Shown here piece by piece: positions 27,266 through 36,047 of a stretch of 64,000 nt of DNA. Where the stretch lies: positions 1,664,001 to 1,728,000 of the forward strand of contig OY970309.1 in the NCBI GenBank assembly GCA_963716395.1. The letters run 5' to 3'. Both the position numbers and the translations under genes were made by a program. Origin of the DNA: an uncultured Fibrobacteria bacterium. GTDB lineage: Bacteria > Fibrobacterota > Fibrobacteria > UBA11236. Under the pieces are notes generated by a model. That model was not told where the DNA came from, ran no database searches, and saw only the letters and a program-made list of their open reading frames with translations. Numbering within the stretch: the stretch's first letter is position 1; every line of letters begins with the position of its first letter.

Positions 27266-28537
27266 TCAGGCGGCGGGTCCGGACAACCGTTCGGGAATGC
27301 TCTCGAATTGCAGCAGGTGATCGAAGGTCTGGCGGGCGCGAATGACTTCTTCGCGCTCTACGCTGATCAGTACTTCGGGGGCGAGTCGGCGTGAATTGTA
27401 GTTGCTGGACATGGCCGCGCCGTAGGCCCCCGCGTCCTGAAGCACCAGATAATCTCCGACCTTGGCTTCGGGCAGCGAACGCGTGGTCACCACGCCGCCT
27501 TCTTCTTGCGTGAACACGTCGCCCGACTCGCATAAGGGGCCGGCCACGACGGCGTCTTGCATCGTGGTGATTTCGCGGCCGTCGCCCGGACAAATCGAAA
27601 TCTCATGGTAAGCGCCGTACAGCGCCGGGCGTACCAAGGTGTCGAATCCGGCGTCGACGAGATAAAAACGGTTGCCGGCGGTTTTCTTCACCGAACGGAT
27701 TTGCGCCACCAGAATGCCGGACTCGGCCACGAGGTAGCGGCCCGGTTCCACCTCAAGCCGCACGGCATGGCCTACTTCGCGTGCGATTTCTTGGCGGGCC
27801 CTGTCCCACAGCGCGTAATAGGCCTGCACATCGATGCGCGCCTGGTTTTTGCGGTAGGGAATGGGCAGGCCGCCGCCGGCGCTGATGACGTCGAGTTCGG
27901 GCCCCATGCGCCGCGCCAGGCGTACCATGGCGTCGCATACCTGCGCCAAGTGATCGAAATCGGCTCCCGAGCCGATGTGCATGTGCAGGCCGTGGATGCG
28001 CACGCCGGCTTCACGGCCCAGGCGCAGGCATTCGTCCAGTTGCGCGTGCCAGATGCCGTGCTTCGACCATTCTCCGCCCGTGTTGGTTTTGCGCGAATGG
28101 CCGTGGCCGAAACCGGGGTTGATGCGCAGGATGACGGAGGCACCGGGATAAAATGACCCGAGCTGCGGAAGCATGTCGGGCGATCCGGCGTTGACGGGAA
28201 TGCGGTGGGCCGCGATGGCGGCGACGGCGTCGGCGTCGAACAAATCGGCGGTGTACACGATGCCGGGCGGATCGCCTTCGCCGCGGAAACCGGCCCGCAG
28301 CGCGCGCTGGATTTCTCCGGCCGATACGGCGTCGACCACGGCGCCCAATTTTCTCATCAAGGCGAGCAGGGCGAGATTGGAACAGGCTTTTTGCGCGTAG
28401 CGAATCACGTCGAAGCGGCGCAATTCGGCGACGCGCTGTCCGATCACCGCCTCGTCATAGAGAAAGACGGGCGTGCCGTGGCGCGCGGCCAATTCGGCGA
28501 TGGAGCGGCCCGCAAAGTGGGTCATGACGTTTTGCAT
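27266..28537 (-). CDS. lysA: Diaminopimelate decarboxylase
   Basis: YAQKACSN, HMHIGSG, AGGG, EPGRYLVAESG, GPLCESGD and GAYGAAMSSNYNSR. Confidence 0.95.
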   Translation of the reverse strand: MQNVMTHFAGRSIAELAARHGTPVFLYDEAVIGQRVAELRRFDVIRYAQKACSNLALLALMRKLGAVVDAVSAGEIQRALRAGFRGEGDPPGIVYTADLFDADAVAAIAAHRIPVNAGSPDMLPQLGSFYPGASVILRINPGFGHGHSRKTNTGGEWSKHGIWHAQLDECLRLGREAGVRIHGLHMHIGSGADFDHLAQVCDAMVRLARRMGPELDVISAGGGLPIPYRKNQARIDVQAYYALWDRARQEIAREVGHAVRLEVEPGRYLVAESGILVAQIRSVKKTAGNRFYLVDAGFDTLVRPALYGAYHEISICPGDGREITTMQDAVVAGPLCESGDVFTQEEGGVVTTRSLPEAKVGDYLVLQDAGAYGAAMSSNYNSRRLAPEVLISVEREEVIRARQTFDHLLQFESIPERLSGPAA

Positions 28538-28603
28538 CGGCTTTCCGGATTCGGGGAAAAAGAAAACTAACTCAAGCGCGCCGCCCGGTCGCCGCCGGCG
28601 AAA

Positions 28604-28771
28604 TCAGGATTCGGGTTCGGGAGAACCGCTGAAGTTGTAGCGCTTGGTCATGTATTTCTCCAGCATGGTGACCTGGGCGTTCATGCGCGTTTCCAGCCGG
28701 GCCACATGCAAAAAAACGCTCAGGAAAAAAAGCGCCAGGCAGACGGTGAACAAGGCGAGAATCAGAGTCAT
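28604..28771 (-). CDS. Small single-TM membrane protein, probably leaderless and upstream of lysA
   Basis: MTLILALFTVCLALFFLSVFLHV.... TATAAT (28779-28784, minus strand) lies 7 nt before the ATG. Confidence 0.55.
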   Translation of the reverse strand: MTLILALFTVCLALFFLSVFLHVARLETRMNAQVTMLEKYMTKRYNFSGSPEPES

Positions 28772-28815
28772 ACCCCGCATTATAGTCGGCCGCGGGAGCC
28801 GCGCGCAAGCGCGGC

Positions 28816-30192
28816 TTAGGCTTCGGGGTGCGGATTTTCTTCGCTTTCCCAATAACCCCGGATTCCATGCGTATGCATGCGCGAGTACAGGGCCCGGCGG
28901 GTGATACCCAGCAGGCCCGCGGCCCGGGTTTTGTTGCCCCCGGTTTTTTCCAGCGCCTGCAGAATCAAGTTTTTCTCCAGTTCGTCCAGCGACAGCCCGC
29001 TGTCGGGGAGTTTGAAGGCGGCCGGAGTTTCCAGCAGCTTGCGGTTGCGGATATGCTCGGGAAGATCGGCCACGGCGATGGGCCGCAGTCCTGCGATGAT
29101 GGCCGCTCGCTCCAGGCAGTTTTCCAGTTCGCGCACATTGCCGGGCCAGGCGTATTCCAACAGTCGGGTCAACACGCCTTCACCCAGGCCCGCAGTATGC
29201 CCGAACTTGGCCAGCAGGGCGTCGCACAGGGCCGGCATATCCTCGGGCCGCTCGCTCAGCGAGGGCACGAAGATGGGAAAGACGTTGAGACGGAAATACA
29301 GGTCTTCACGGAAATGTCCGAGGCGCAGTTCCTCTTCGAGATTGCGGTGCGTGGCCGCGATCACGCGGGCCGAAGTGCGCAAAAGTTGCGAGCCGCCCAC
29401 GCGCGTGAATTCACGCTCCTGCAACACGCGCAACAGCTTGACCTGCATGGCCGGAGTGACGTCGCCGATCTCGTCGAGAAAGATGGTGCCGGTGCCGGCG
29501 CGCTCGAAGTATCCGGGTTTCTGCGCCGCGGCGCCGGTGAAGGCGCCTTTTTCGTGGCCGAACAGTTCGGATTCCAGCAGGCTCTCCGGTACGGCTCCGC
29601 AGTTCACGGCCAGAAAGGGGTCGCGCCCGCTTTCGGCGTGGATGCCGCGCGCGATCAGCTCTTTGCCGCTGCCGCTGCGCCCGCGGATCAATACCGTGGT
29701 GTCACGGCCCGCCACCATCTTCGCCTGGCGGATCACCTCTTGCATGGCCTTGGATCGGCCCACCACGCGATCCAGGCGATGGCGGTCGCTTTCGCGGCGG
29801 CTGTAATCCTCGAGCGCGCGGCGCAAACGATCTTTTTCCAGGGCCGCGCGCACCAACAGCACCATTTCGTCCATTTCAAAGGGCTTGAGCACATATTCCA
29901 AGGCTCCTTGCCGCATGGCTTCTACGCCCGTGCCGGATTCGGCGTAAGCCGTCATCACGATGCAGGCGCAGGCGGGGCGCGCTGCCCGGAGGCGCTGCAA
30001 AAGTTCCAGCCCCGACTGTCCCGGCAAGCGCACGTCGGTGATGACCACGTCGAAGGCGCCGGCCGAAAAGCGGGCGAAGGCAGCTTCGGCGCTGCCCTCG
30101 GCCGCCACCTCCCAGCCTTCGGCCGCCAGGGCTTCGGCCAGCAGCAGCCGCAGCTTGGGTTCATCATCCACCACTAAAATTTGTGTCGCCAT
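28816..30192 (-). CDS. Sigma54-dependent NtrC-family response regulator
   Basis: Receiver ILVVDDE; AAA+ motifs GRSGSGKE, ESELFGHEKGAFTGA and WPGNVRELEN; Fis HTH. Start ATG at 30192. Confidence 0.95.
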   Translation of the reverse strand: MATQILVVDDEPKLRLLLAEALAAEGWEVAAEGSAEAAFARFSAGAFDVVITDVRLPGQSGLELLQRLRAARPACACIVMTAYAESGTGVEAMRQGALEYVLKPFEMDEMVLLVRAALEKDRLRRALEDYSRRESDRHRLDRVVGRSKAMQEVIRQAKMVAGRDTTVLIRGRSGSGKELIARGIHAESGRDPFLAVNCGAVPESLLESELFGHEKGAFTGAAAQKPGYFERAGTGTIFLDEIGDVTPAMQVKLLRVLQEREFTRVGGSQLLRTSARVIAATHRNLEEELRLGHFREDLYFRLNVFPIFVPSLSERPEDMPALCDALLAKFGHTAGLGEGVLTRLLEYAWPGNVRELENCLERAAIIAGLRPIAVADLPEHIRNRKLLETPAAFKLPDSGLSLDELEKNLILQALEKTGGNKTRAAGLLGITRRALYSRMHTHGIRGYWESEENPHPEA

Positions 30193-31541
30193 TAGCCGTT
30201 CTCCTTGCCGGGCGGTTCTCCGGTCGTGGCGAATTCCAGCGCCACGCAGGCGCCGATTTTCTCGCCGGGAAAGCTGCGCCGCGCCCGCGCCGGCGTCCAC
30301 AACCCCACCTGCCAACCCATGCGCCCGCAGAGGGTTTTGACGATGGCGAGTCCCAGCCCCGCCCCGGTGCGCGATCCGGTCACGAACGGATCGAACAGGG
30401 TTTTGCGCAGGGCCTTGGGAACGCCCGGCCCCTGATCGGCGATCAGCAGCCGCAGGCGGCCCGGGCGGGGACTCTCGGCGTGCAGAAAGATGCACCCCGA
30501 ACCCTGCATGGCCTGGGCGGCATTGTGGAAAATATTTTCCAGCACCTGACGCGCCGCGTCGGGGTCGGCCGCCACCTCGGCGTCGAGCGATGATTTGCAA
30601 ACCACTTCGACGCCGGGGTGCGCGGCGCGCAAGGTCACGCCGGCGGCGGCCACGGTTTGCGCCAGCGGCAGGGGCTGCGTCCCCAGGCGGCGGTCATGCG
30701 AGAAGCTCAGGATGTTGGTGATGATGCGCGACAAGCGCATGGTTTCATCGGAGAGGAATTGAAAAGCGGCGTTTTGACCTTGGGGGTCGAGCCGTCGGCG
30801 CAACACATCGATGGAGGATTTGATGACCGCCAGTGGATTTTTGAGTTCGTGCGCCAGTTCGGCGCTGGTGCGGCCGAGAAAGGCCAATTGCTCGTGTCGC
30901 CGCGCGGCCGCCAGAGCCGCCTGCGCACGGCGATCCAGCGCCAGCAAAGCGGCTATCAGCGCCAGCAGGGAAACCAGGAGGCAGGCCGCCAACCCGTAGG
31001 TAATGCGCCGCGAGGATTCGAATTGGCTGAGCAGGTTGCGATCGGATTCGAGCACGACCACCTGTTCCGTACCGTAAAAATCGAAGGGGAAGTACAGCGA
31101 CTGGCGTGAAGCCGAGTGCGCGGCGCGGGCGAATACAGGCAGGCGCATGCGCAACGCCTGATCGTAGCCCACGCTGTCGAGCAGATACGGCCGAATATCG
31201 GCCCCGGTGGCCAGACTCGGCGTGGTGGCGATGTAGACGTCGCCCAGCGAATCGGTGAGCGCCACCCGCTGCAGCCCCGTGGCCGCGGCCAGCCGATGCA
31301 GCCAAGCGCCTTTTTCCTGCACGAAGTCTTTCGGTAAATTGCGCGGCGTCAACACGAAGGTGTATGAGAAAATGTCTTCATGCAAATTCTCGACGATGTA
31401 TTGCGCCAAATCGCGCATACGCTGCCGCGATGCGGCTTCGGCCTGGGTCAGGTTGCGCGACAACTGCACCATGACGAAGCCGGCGCTGATCAGCGGCGCG
31501 ACTGCGGCTAGGCCGAGAGTGGCCCATAAATAGCGCCGCAT
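30192..31541 (-). CDS. Membrane sensor histidine kinase
   Basis: Two TM segments, AHELKNPL (H box), NAAQA, DQGPG, FDPF and GAGLGL. Confidence 0.95.
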   Translation of the reverse strand: MRRYLWATLGLAAVAPLISAGFVMVQLSRNLTQAEAASRQRMRDLAQYIVENLHEDIFSYTFVLTPRNLPKDFVQEKGAWLHRLAAATGLQRVALTDSLGDVYIATTPSLATGADIRPYLLDSVGYDQALRMRLPVFARAAHSASRQSLYFPFDFYGTEQVVVLESDRNLLSQFESSRRITYGLAACLLVSLLALIAALLALDRRAQAALAAARRHEQLAFLGRTSAELAHELKNPLAVIKSSIDVLRRRLDPQGQNAAFQFLSDETMRLSRIITNILSFSHDRRLGTQPLPLAQTVAAAGVTLRAAHPGVEVVCKSSLDAEVAADPDAARQVLENIFHNAAQAMQGSGCIFLHAESPRPGRLRLLIADQGPGVPKALRKTLFDPFVTGSRTGAGLGLAIVKTLCGRMGWQVGLWTPARARRSFPGEKIGACVALEFATTGEPPGKENG

Positions 31542-31545
31542 GCGA

Positions 31546-32877
31546 TCAATCTCCCCAGCGGAAAAAAGCTCCGAACCGGAAAATGGGTCCCGAGGGATTT
31601 CCCGTGGCGTGGTTCAATTCATAGCCGCCGCCGGCGTAAAACCAAAAACTGGAATGGGCCCACAACCGATATTCGTATTCTCCGGTCAAATCCAAATCCT
31701 GGCGCACGCCCGGAGTCGCCACGTTATAAACGTCGGGTCCGGAATAGCGGTCGCGTTGCCAGGCATACTCGAATTTCAGGCCGGGGCGGTGGGGGCCGGA
31801 TCGAAGCATGGATTCCAGGGAAAATTCCAGGGACTCGAATCCGCTGTAAGAAGGCGATTCGGGTAACCCGGGAATCGGGCCGCTCAGGGCAATCGCGTTC
31901 CACGCGCCGGTGAGAACCGCAACCTGCCGCCAGTGCGCGCCCAAATGCGAGAATTCGGAATTGGCCGAATAGGCCATCCAGTCGCGGCGCAACTGAGCCA
32001 CACCGGCCTGGTAACTCCCGAACCAATCCAGCGCCCCGTCGACGAAACCGAGGTATCCCGCCGTCGCCGACCAGGTGGGTCCGACCCAGCCTTTCGACAG
32101 GACGACCTCCGGCGGCAGGGCTTGGTCCATCGGCGCTTCGAAATCATAGAGCTGCCCGGCTCCGAGATTGGAGTACCACCCTTCGTAGTGGGCCCGGACG
32201 GCGACATCCGCGGAAAACAGATCCCATCCGCTCTGCGGCAAAGCCGTGAAAAAACTGTCGGGATGCGCCGGCAGCCCCGTGCGCAGACGCGTATCCATTT
32301 CCGCGGTCGCCGAAAAGCGAATGCCGCTGCGGCCCCGGCGCCGTTCCTCATCGACCTGGGCGCGGTCGACGAAGAAGTCGCGCGAGTAGGAAGGGCTGTG
32401 GCTGGAGAGCAAGCCGTTCTGGGTGGAAAAGGCCGCGTACCATTTTTTAGATGCACCCGCCCGGCGGGCGTCCTCAGGCAACGGTTCGGGCGAATCCATG
32501 CGGCCGAGATAGGGCGAGTCGGAAAATTCGTCGTGCAACAGAACCGCGTAAGCCGCGGCCTGCAAAGAATCGCCCTGCGCGCGGGCGCTTTTCCACAACC
32601 GAAAAAGAATCTCTTCACGCCGGGGTCCGTGTAATACCAAGGCGCGGCGCCAGGAGGCGGCGGCCAAATCGAGGCGCCGCAATGCCGCGAAACCCATTCC
32701 CTGAAGGTAGAACGCTTCCTGCGCCTGCGCTTCGGAACAGGCATGGTTGTCCACCGTCCAAGCCAGAAAAGCCGGGTCATCGCCGTGATAGGCGGCGCGC
32801 AAAGAATCGAGAAAGGCGGAACAGTCTTGGTCGCGGGCCCCGGCCGCACCCAGCCATAAAACCAACCCCATTTGCAT
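31546..32877 (-). CDS. Hypothetical exported TPR plus beta-barrel-like protein
   Basis: Probable start 32877 (MQMGLVLWLGAAGA). Helical TPR-like N-part, aromatic beta-rich C-part ending FGAFFRWGD. Confidence 0.55.
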   Translation of the reverse strand: MQMGLVLWLGAAGARDQDCSAFLDSLRAAYHGDDPAFLAWTVDNHACSEAQAQEAFYLQGMGFAALRRLDLAAASWRRALVLHGPRREEILFRLWKSARAQGDSLQAAAYAVLLHDEFSDSPYLGRMDSPEPLPEDARRAGASKKWYAAFSTQNGLLSSHSPSYSRDFFVDRAQVDEERRRGRSGIRFSATAEMDTRLRTGLPAHPDSFFTALPQSGWDLFSADVAVRAHYEGWYSNLGAGQLYDFEAPMDQALPPEVVLSKGWVGPTWSATAGYLGFVDGALDWFGSYQAGVAQLRRDWMAYSANSEFSHLGAHWRQVAVLTGAWNAIALSGPIPGLPESPSYSGFESLEFSLESMLRSGPHRPGLKFEYAWQRDRYSGPDVYNVATPGVRQDLDLTGEYEYRLWAHSSFWFYAGGGYELNHATGNPSGPIFRFGAFFRWGD

Positions 32878-32966
32878 CCCCGCCCTCCACGGCCGGAAAA
32901 CCCGGTTGCGCAATTCCGTTCGCGAAGGATTCGGCAAAGGAAATTCTCCAAAACGCTGTGGCTTAA

Positions 32967-33208
32967 GGGTACTTCTCATCCTCGAATTCCGACTGCGGCT
33001 CCGCCTGAGGTGCCAAGACCCCCGGCTTCATCGACCGCCTCCGCCGGAGCGCTATTCAAACTATATCGCTTCGTGGTTTTCGCTTCCGTCGCCTGCGCTT
33101 TCGGCGCTTCGGGGTCGCGCGGCTGTGTCGCTCGACCTTCGACATCCCTCGTCCGGCTCGGGAACCGGACCCAAGCCTACGCCCCGGCGAGCGATTGCGC
33201 GAAGCCGC
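32967..33208. mobile_element. Diverged MITE-like copy lacking the right terminal repeat
   Basis: GGGTACTTCTCATCCTCGAATTCCGACTGCGGCTCCGCCTG..CCGGCTTC..CGGAGCGCTATTCAAACTATATCGC aligns with 11419-11523. Confidence 0.6.
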
Positions 33209-33211
33209 CAT

Positions 33212-33243
33212 AAAAAAACTTCCCGCCTTGCGGCGGGAAGTTT
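33212..33243 (-). terminator. Intrinsic terminator of 33284-33874
   Basis: Stem AAACTTCCCGCC-N4-GGCGGGAAGTTT followed by a T run on the minus strand. Confidence 0.8.
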
Positions 33244-33283
33244 CAGGCAACCGGTCGGTTCGACCGGTCCTCACCCCGAGTAT

Positions 33284-33874
33284 TTACGGCCCGGTTTTGT
33301 TTCCGGAGCCGGCTTTGACATCGGCCGCTTCGTATTGTCGGCGCAAGTCTTGGTAATCCTTTTTGTTTTGTTGAATCAAGGTCTGAATTTCGTCGCGGCG
33401 GGAATCCATCAGTCTCTCGTACGTCTGGCGGGCTTCATCGACGGCGCGTTTGTGATCGGCATGCAATTCGGCCCGCAGAGTGTTGAGTTTTTGCGCCAAC
33501 TCGACTGCCATTTTTTGCTGTTGGGCATCGGAAGCGCCTTTGAAGCGATCTTTATATTCGTCGACCAAGGCCTTGGTTTTGTCCTCGAATTCTTTGTCGA
33601 CGTCTTTCCAGGCCTCGACTTCGGATTTGTGATCGGCTTGGAGTTGATCGACCTCGGCCTGGTGCTCCTGCAAGATGGCCTGGCATTGCTGCACCGAAAG
33701 TTCGTGTTGCGCGTCCAAGGCCTGCTGAAGGTTTTGCGCGTCGTTGTCGGGAGGCGGAAGTTGGTTCGCGGGCACGGGATTGTTGCCGGGAGGGAGGGGT
33801 GGAACGGGTTTTCCGTCTTGGGCAACGCCTACCCCCATGCAGATTGCGAAGCATAAAGCCAACGGTTTCAACAT
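33284..33874 (-). CDS. Exported all-helical protein (Spy/ZraP-like role inferred)
   Basis: Signal peptide, Pro-rich linker, charged coiled coil; preceded by a sigma54 promoter. Confidence 0.65.
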   Translation of the reverse strand: MLKPLALCFAICMGVGVAQDGKPVPPLPPGNNPVPANQLPPPDNDAQNLQQALDAQHELSVQQCQAILQEHQAEVDQLQADHKSEVEAWKDVDKEFEDKTKALVDEYKDRFKGASDAQQQKMAVELAQKLNTLRAELHADHKRAVDEARQTYERLMDSRRDEIQTLIQQNKKDYQDLRRQYEAADVKAGSGNKTGP

Positions 33875-33900
33875 TGGTCCCGACCCCCCGCTACCGCTTC

Positions 33901-33916
33901 AGCAATGGGCGTGCCA
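33901..33916 (-). promoter_or_regulatory. Sigma54 (-24/-12) promoter
   Basis: Minus strand TGGCAC-GCCCA-TTGCT is an exact consensus match. An AT-rich IHF-like AATCAAACCATTT lies just upstream. Confidence 0.85.
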
Positions 33917-34047
33917 CGATTCAGTCGCAAAAATGGTTTGATTTTCACAAAAATTCAGGCACGGAAGCTCTTCACTTGCGCGCGGTGTACGCATCGGTGC
34001 GTGCGTCGTACGAAATAGTCCGAAACGCGCTGCGTTCCGGACCCGCG

Positions 34048-35985
34048 TCATTCGATACGATTCAATTCCACCCGCCGGTTCATGGCGCGCCCCTCGGCGG
34101 TATTGTTGGTGGCGATGGGTTTGGAGGAACCGTAACCCATGACCCGCAGACGTTTGGCATCGACACCTTTGAGGATTAAGTAGTTGGCTACGGTCTGAGC
34201 CCGCGCCCGCGACAGCGCCTGGTTTTTGAGAGGATTGCCGCGATTGTCCGTATGACCCGCCACTTCAAACCGGGTCTCGGGGCTCAGCTGCAATTGCGCC
34301 GCCACCCCGTCGAGCACCTGATACGACTCGGGCGTCAGCTCGGCGGAGCCGGAACGGAAATTGACGCCCTTGAGCACCATAGTTTTCACGATCTGGGTTT
34401 GCTTGACCGTGTCGGGGCAGCCGTCTTCATCCTCGAATCCGTTCCGGGTTTCGGGGGCGTCGGGGCATTTGTCGGAGCCGTGGCACACCGACGCATACTT
34501 CGCGCTCAGGCCCTGCGCCGCCACCCAGGGATCGCAGATGCCGTCGTGATCGTTATCGGGATCGGGACAGCCGTCTTCGTCCTGGAATCCGTCTTTGTCT
34601 TCGGCCTCATGCGGGCATTTGTCCTTGTCGTCGGGGATGCCGTCACCGTCGGCGTCGAGTACGGGGCAGCCGTCGACGCCGTTGGGTCCTTGTGCCACGT
34701 TGGGGCATTTGTCTTTAATATCGGGCACGCCGTCGTGATCGTTGTCGAGATCGGGACAGCCGTCTTCGTCCTGAAATCCGTCGATGTCTTCGGGGTCGTT
34801 CGGGCATTTGTCGGAGCCGTGGCATACCGACGCGTATTTCGCGCTGAGACCTTTTTCGGCCACCCAGGGATCGCAAATGCCGTCGTGATCGTTATCGGGA
34901 TCGGGGCAGCCGTCTTCGTCCTGGAATCCGTCTTTGTCTTCGGCGTCATCCGGGCATTTGTCCAGCGCGTTGGGAATGCCGTCGTGATCGCGATCCTGCG
35001 ACAGCAGAAAACCCGACCACTGCACGCCGACATAAATGCCGACTTGCGGGGCCGCGCTCATGGAGAACTGATCGTAGCCGGGGCCTTGCGGGTTCGCGTA
35101 ATCCACCGGAATCGATTTCAGATTGTCCACGGCGATTTGCGCGCCGGCCTGCACCTGAAAATTTTCCGGCAGGCGCGCTGTGGCCATCAAGGTCAGCAGG
35201 GTGGGCTCGGTGTCGAACCAGGTCGCGGAATTAATCTGGTTGAAGCGGCTTTCATTATACAGTTCGGCGCTGAGCAGCAAATAGGTGCTGACTCCCCATT
35301 CCAGAGCCGTGCCGCCGAAAAAGACGTTTTCAAAAGGCGGATCGCCCACCGGATTCGGCGTGCGCACGCCGCCGTTCAAATGCCAGCGCAATTCCAGCCC
35401 CGGATCGATGGCGCCGAAGTCGAACGTCACCCCCAAAGCGCCGAGGAATCCGGGACGGCCGAGCCCGAAGGGCGTTGAGCCCTGGTTGAATTGGGCCGGG
35501 TCGTTGGTATAGAGCTCCAGTTGACGCGGCAAGGTGCCGCCGTCGGCGGCCGTGGGCGCCGAACCGCCGAGAATGGCGGCCAGATGAAACACCTTCTGAT
35601 TGGGGATGGGCAACTCCACTTTGAGCCGGTATTGCAAGTCGCCGGGCAAATGCTCGTTGATCGAAAGGTTGCCTCCGCCCACGTATTCGTAGTAAAGGGG
35701 CAGGCCCAGGCTGATTTCGGTATACGCACCGAGCCCCAAAGACAAGGCGGCATGCGAAGTGGCCGTGAAATAGGAGTTGATGGAATAGGTTTGGCCGTCC
35801 CGCGTCAGCGAGGAACCGCCCAGGATGCTTTCGTCGTTGGCCATGAGCGATCCGAGGTCTACGCCCAGGCGCATGTTTCCCGCGGAGACCGCGCTGAAAA
35901 TATGCCCCACTCCGGAAAGCCCGTCCTGGTCCAGCGCGGCGGAAAGGGAAATGACCGACAATAACGAAAGTACAAGACGTCGCAT
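34048..35985 (-). CDS. OmpA-family protein with N-terminal barrel and thrombospondin type-3 Ca-binding repeats
   Basis: Start 35985 after RBS AGGAG; DxDxDGIPDxxDKCP repeats; GHTDNRG..NQALSRARA..NRRVE. Confidence 0.9.
   Translation of the reverse strand: MRRLVLSLLSVISLSAALDQDGLSGVGHIFSAVSAGNMRLGVDLGSLMANDESILGGSSLTRDGQTYSINSYFTATSHAALSLGLGAYTEISLGLPLYYEYVGGGNLSINEHLPGDLQYRLKVELPIPNQKVFHLAAILGGSAPTAADGGTLPRQLELYTNDPAQFNQGSTPFGLGRPGFLGALGVTFDFGAIDPGLELRWHLNGGVRTPNPVGDPPFENVFFGGTALEWGVSTYLLLSAELYNESRFNQINSATWFDTEPTLLTLMATARLPENFQVQAGAQIAVDNLKSIPVDYANPQGPGYDQFSMSAAPQVGIYVGVQWSGFLLSQDRDHDGIPNALDKCPDDAEDKDGFQDEDGCPDPDNDHDGICDPWVAEKGLSAKYASVCHGSDKCPNDPEDIDGFQDEDGCPDLDNDHDGVPDIKDKCPNVAQGPNGVDGCPVLDADGDGIPDDKDKCPHEAEDKDGFQDEDGCPDPDNDHDGICDPWVAAQGLSAKYASVCHGSDKCPDAPETRNGFEDEDGCPDTVKQTQIVKTMVLKGVNFRSGSAELTPESYQVLDGVAAQLQLSPETRFEVAGHTDNRGNPLKNQALSRARAQTVANYLILKGVDAKRLRVMGYGSSKPIATNNTAEGRAMNRRVELNRIE
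34420..34995 (-). repeat. Internal TSP3 repeats, including a duplicated DGICDPWVA..GLSAKYASVCHGSDKCP block
   Basis: Near-identical DNA blocks at about 34460-34625 and 34800-34960. Confidence 0.85.
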
Positions 35986-36047
35986 AAGGACTCCTATGCA
36001 GTTCCGGGAAATCAATTTTAAACTTAATAGCGGAACTGCAAAAAATC

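Noticed and set aside
30193-30600. N-terminal extension of the 594-aa regulator ORF (similarly for infB, dprA and 31546-32979)
   Set aside because: It overlaps neighbouring genes or elements; domain boundaries support the shorter starts.
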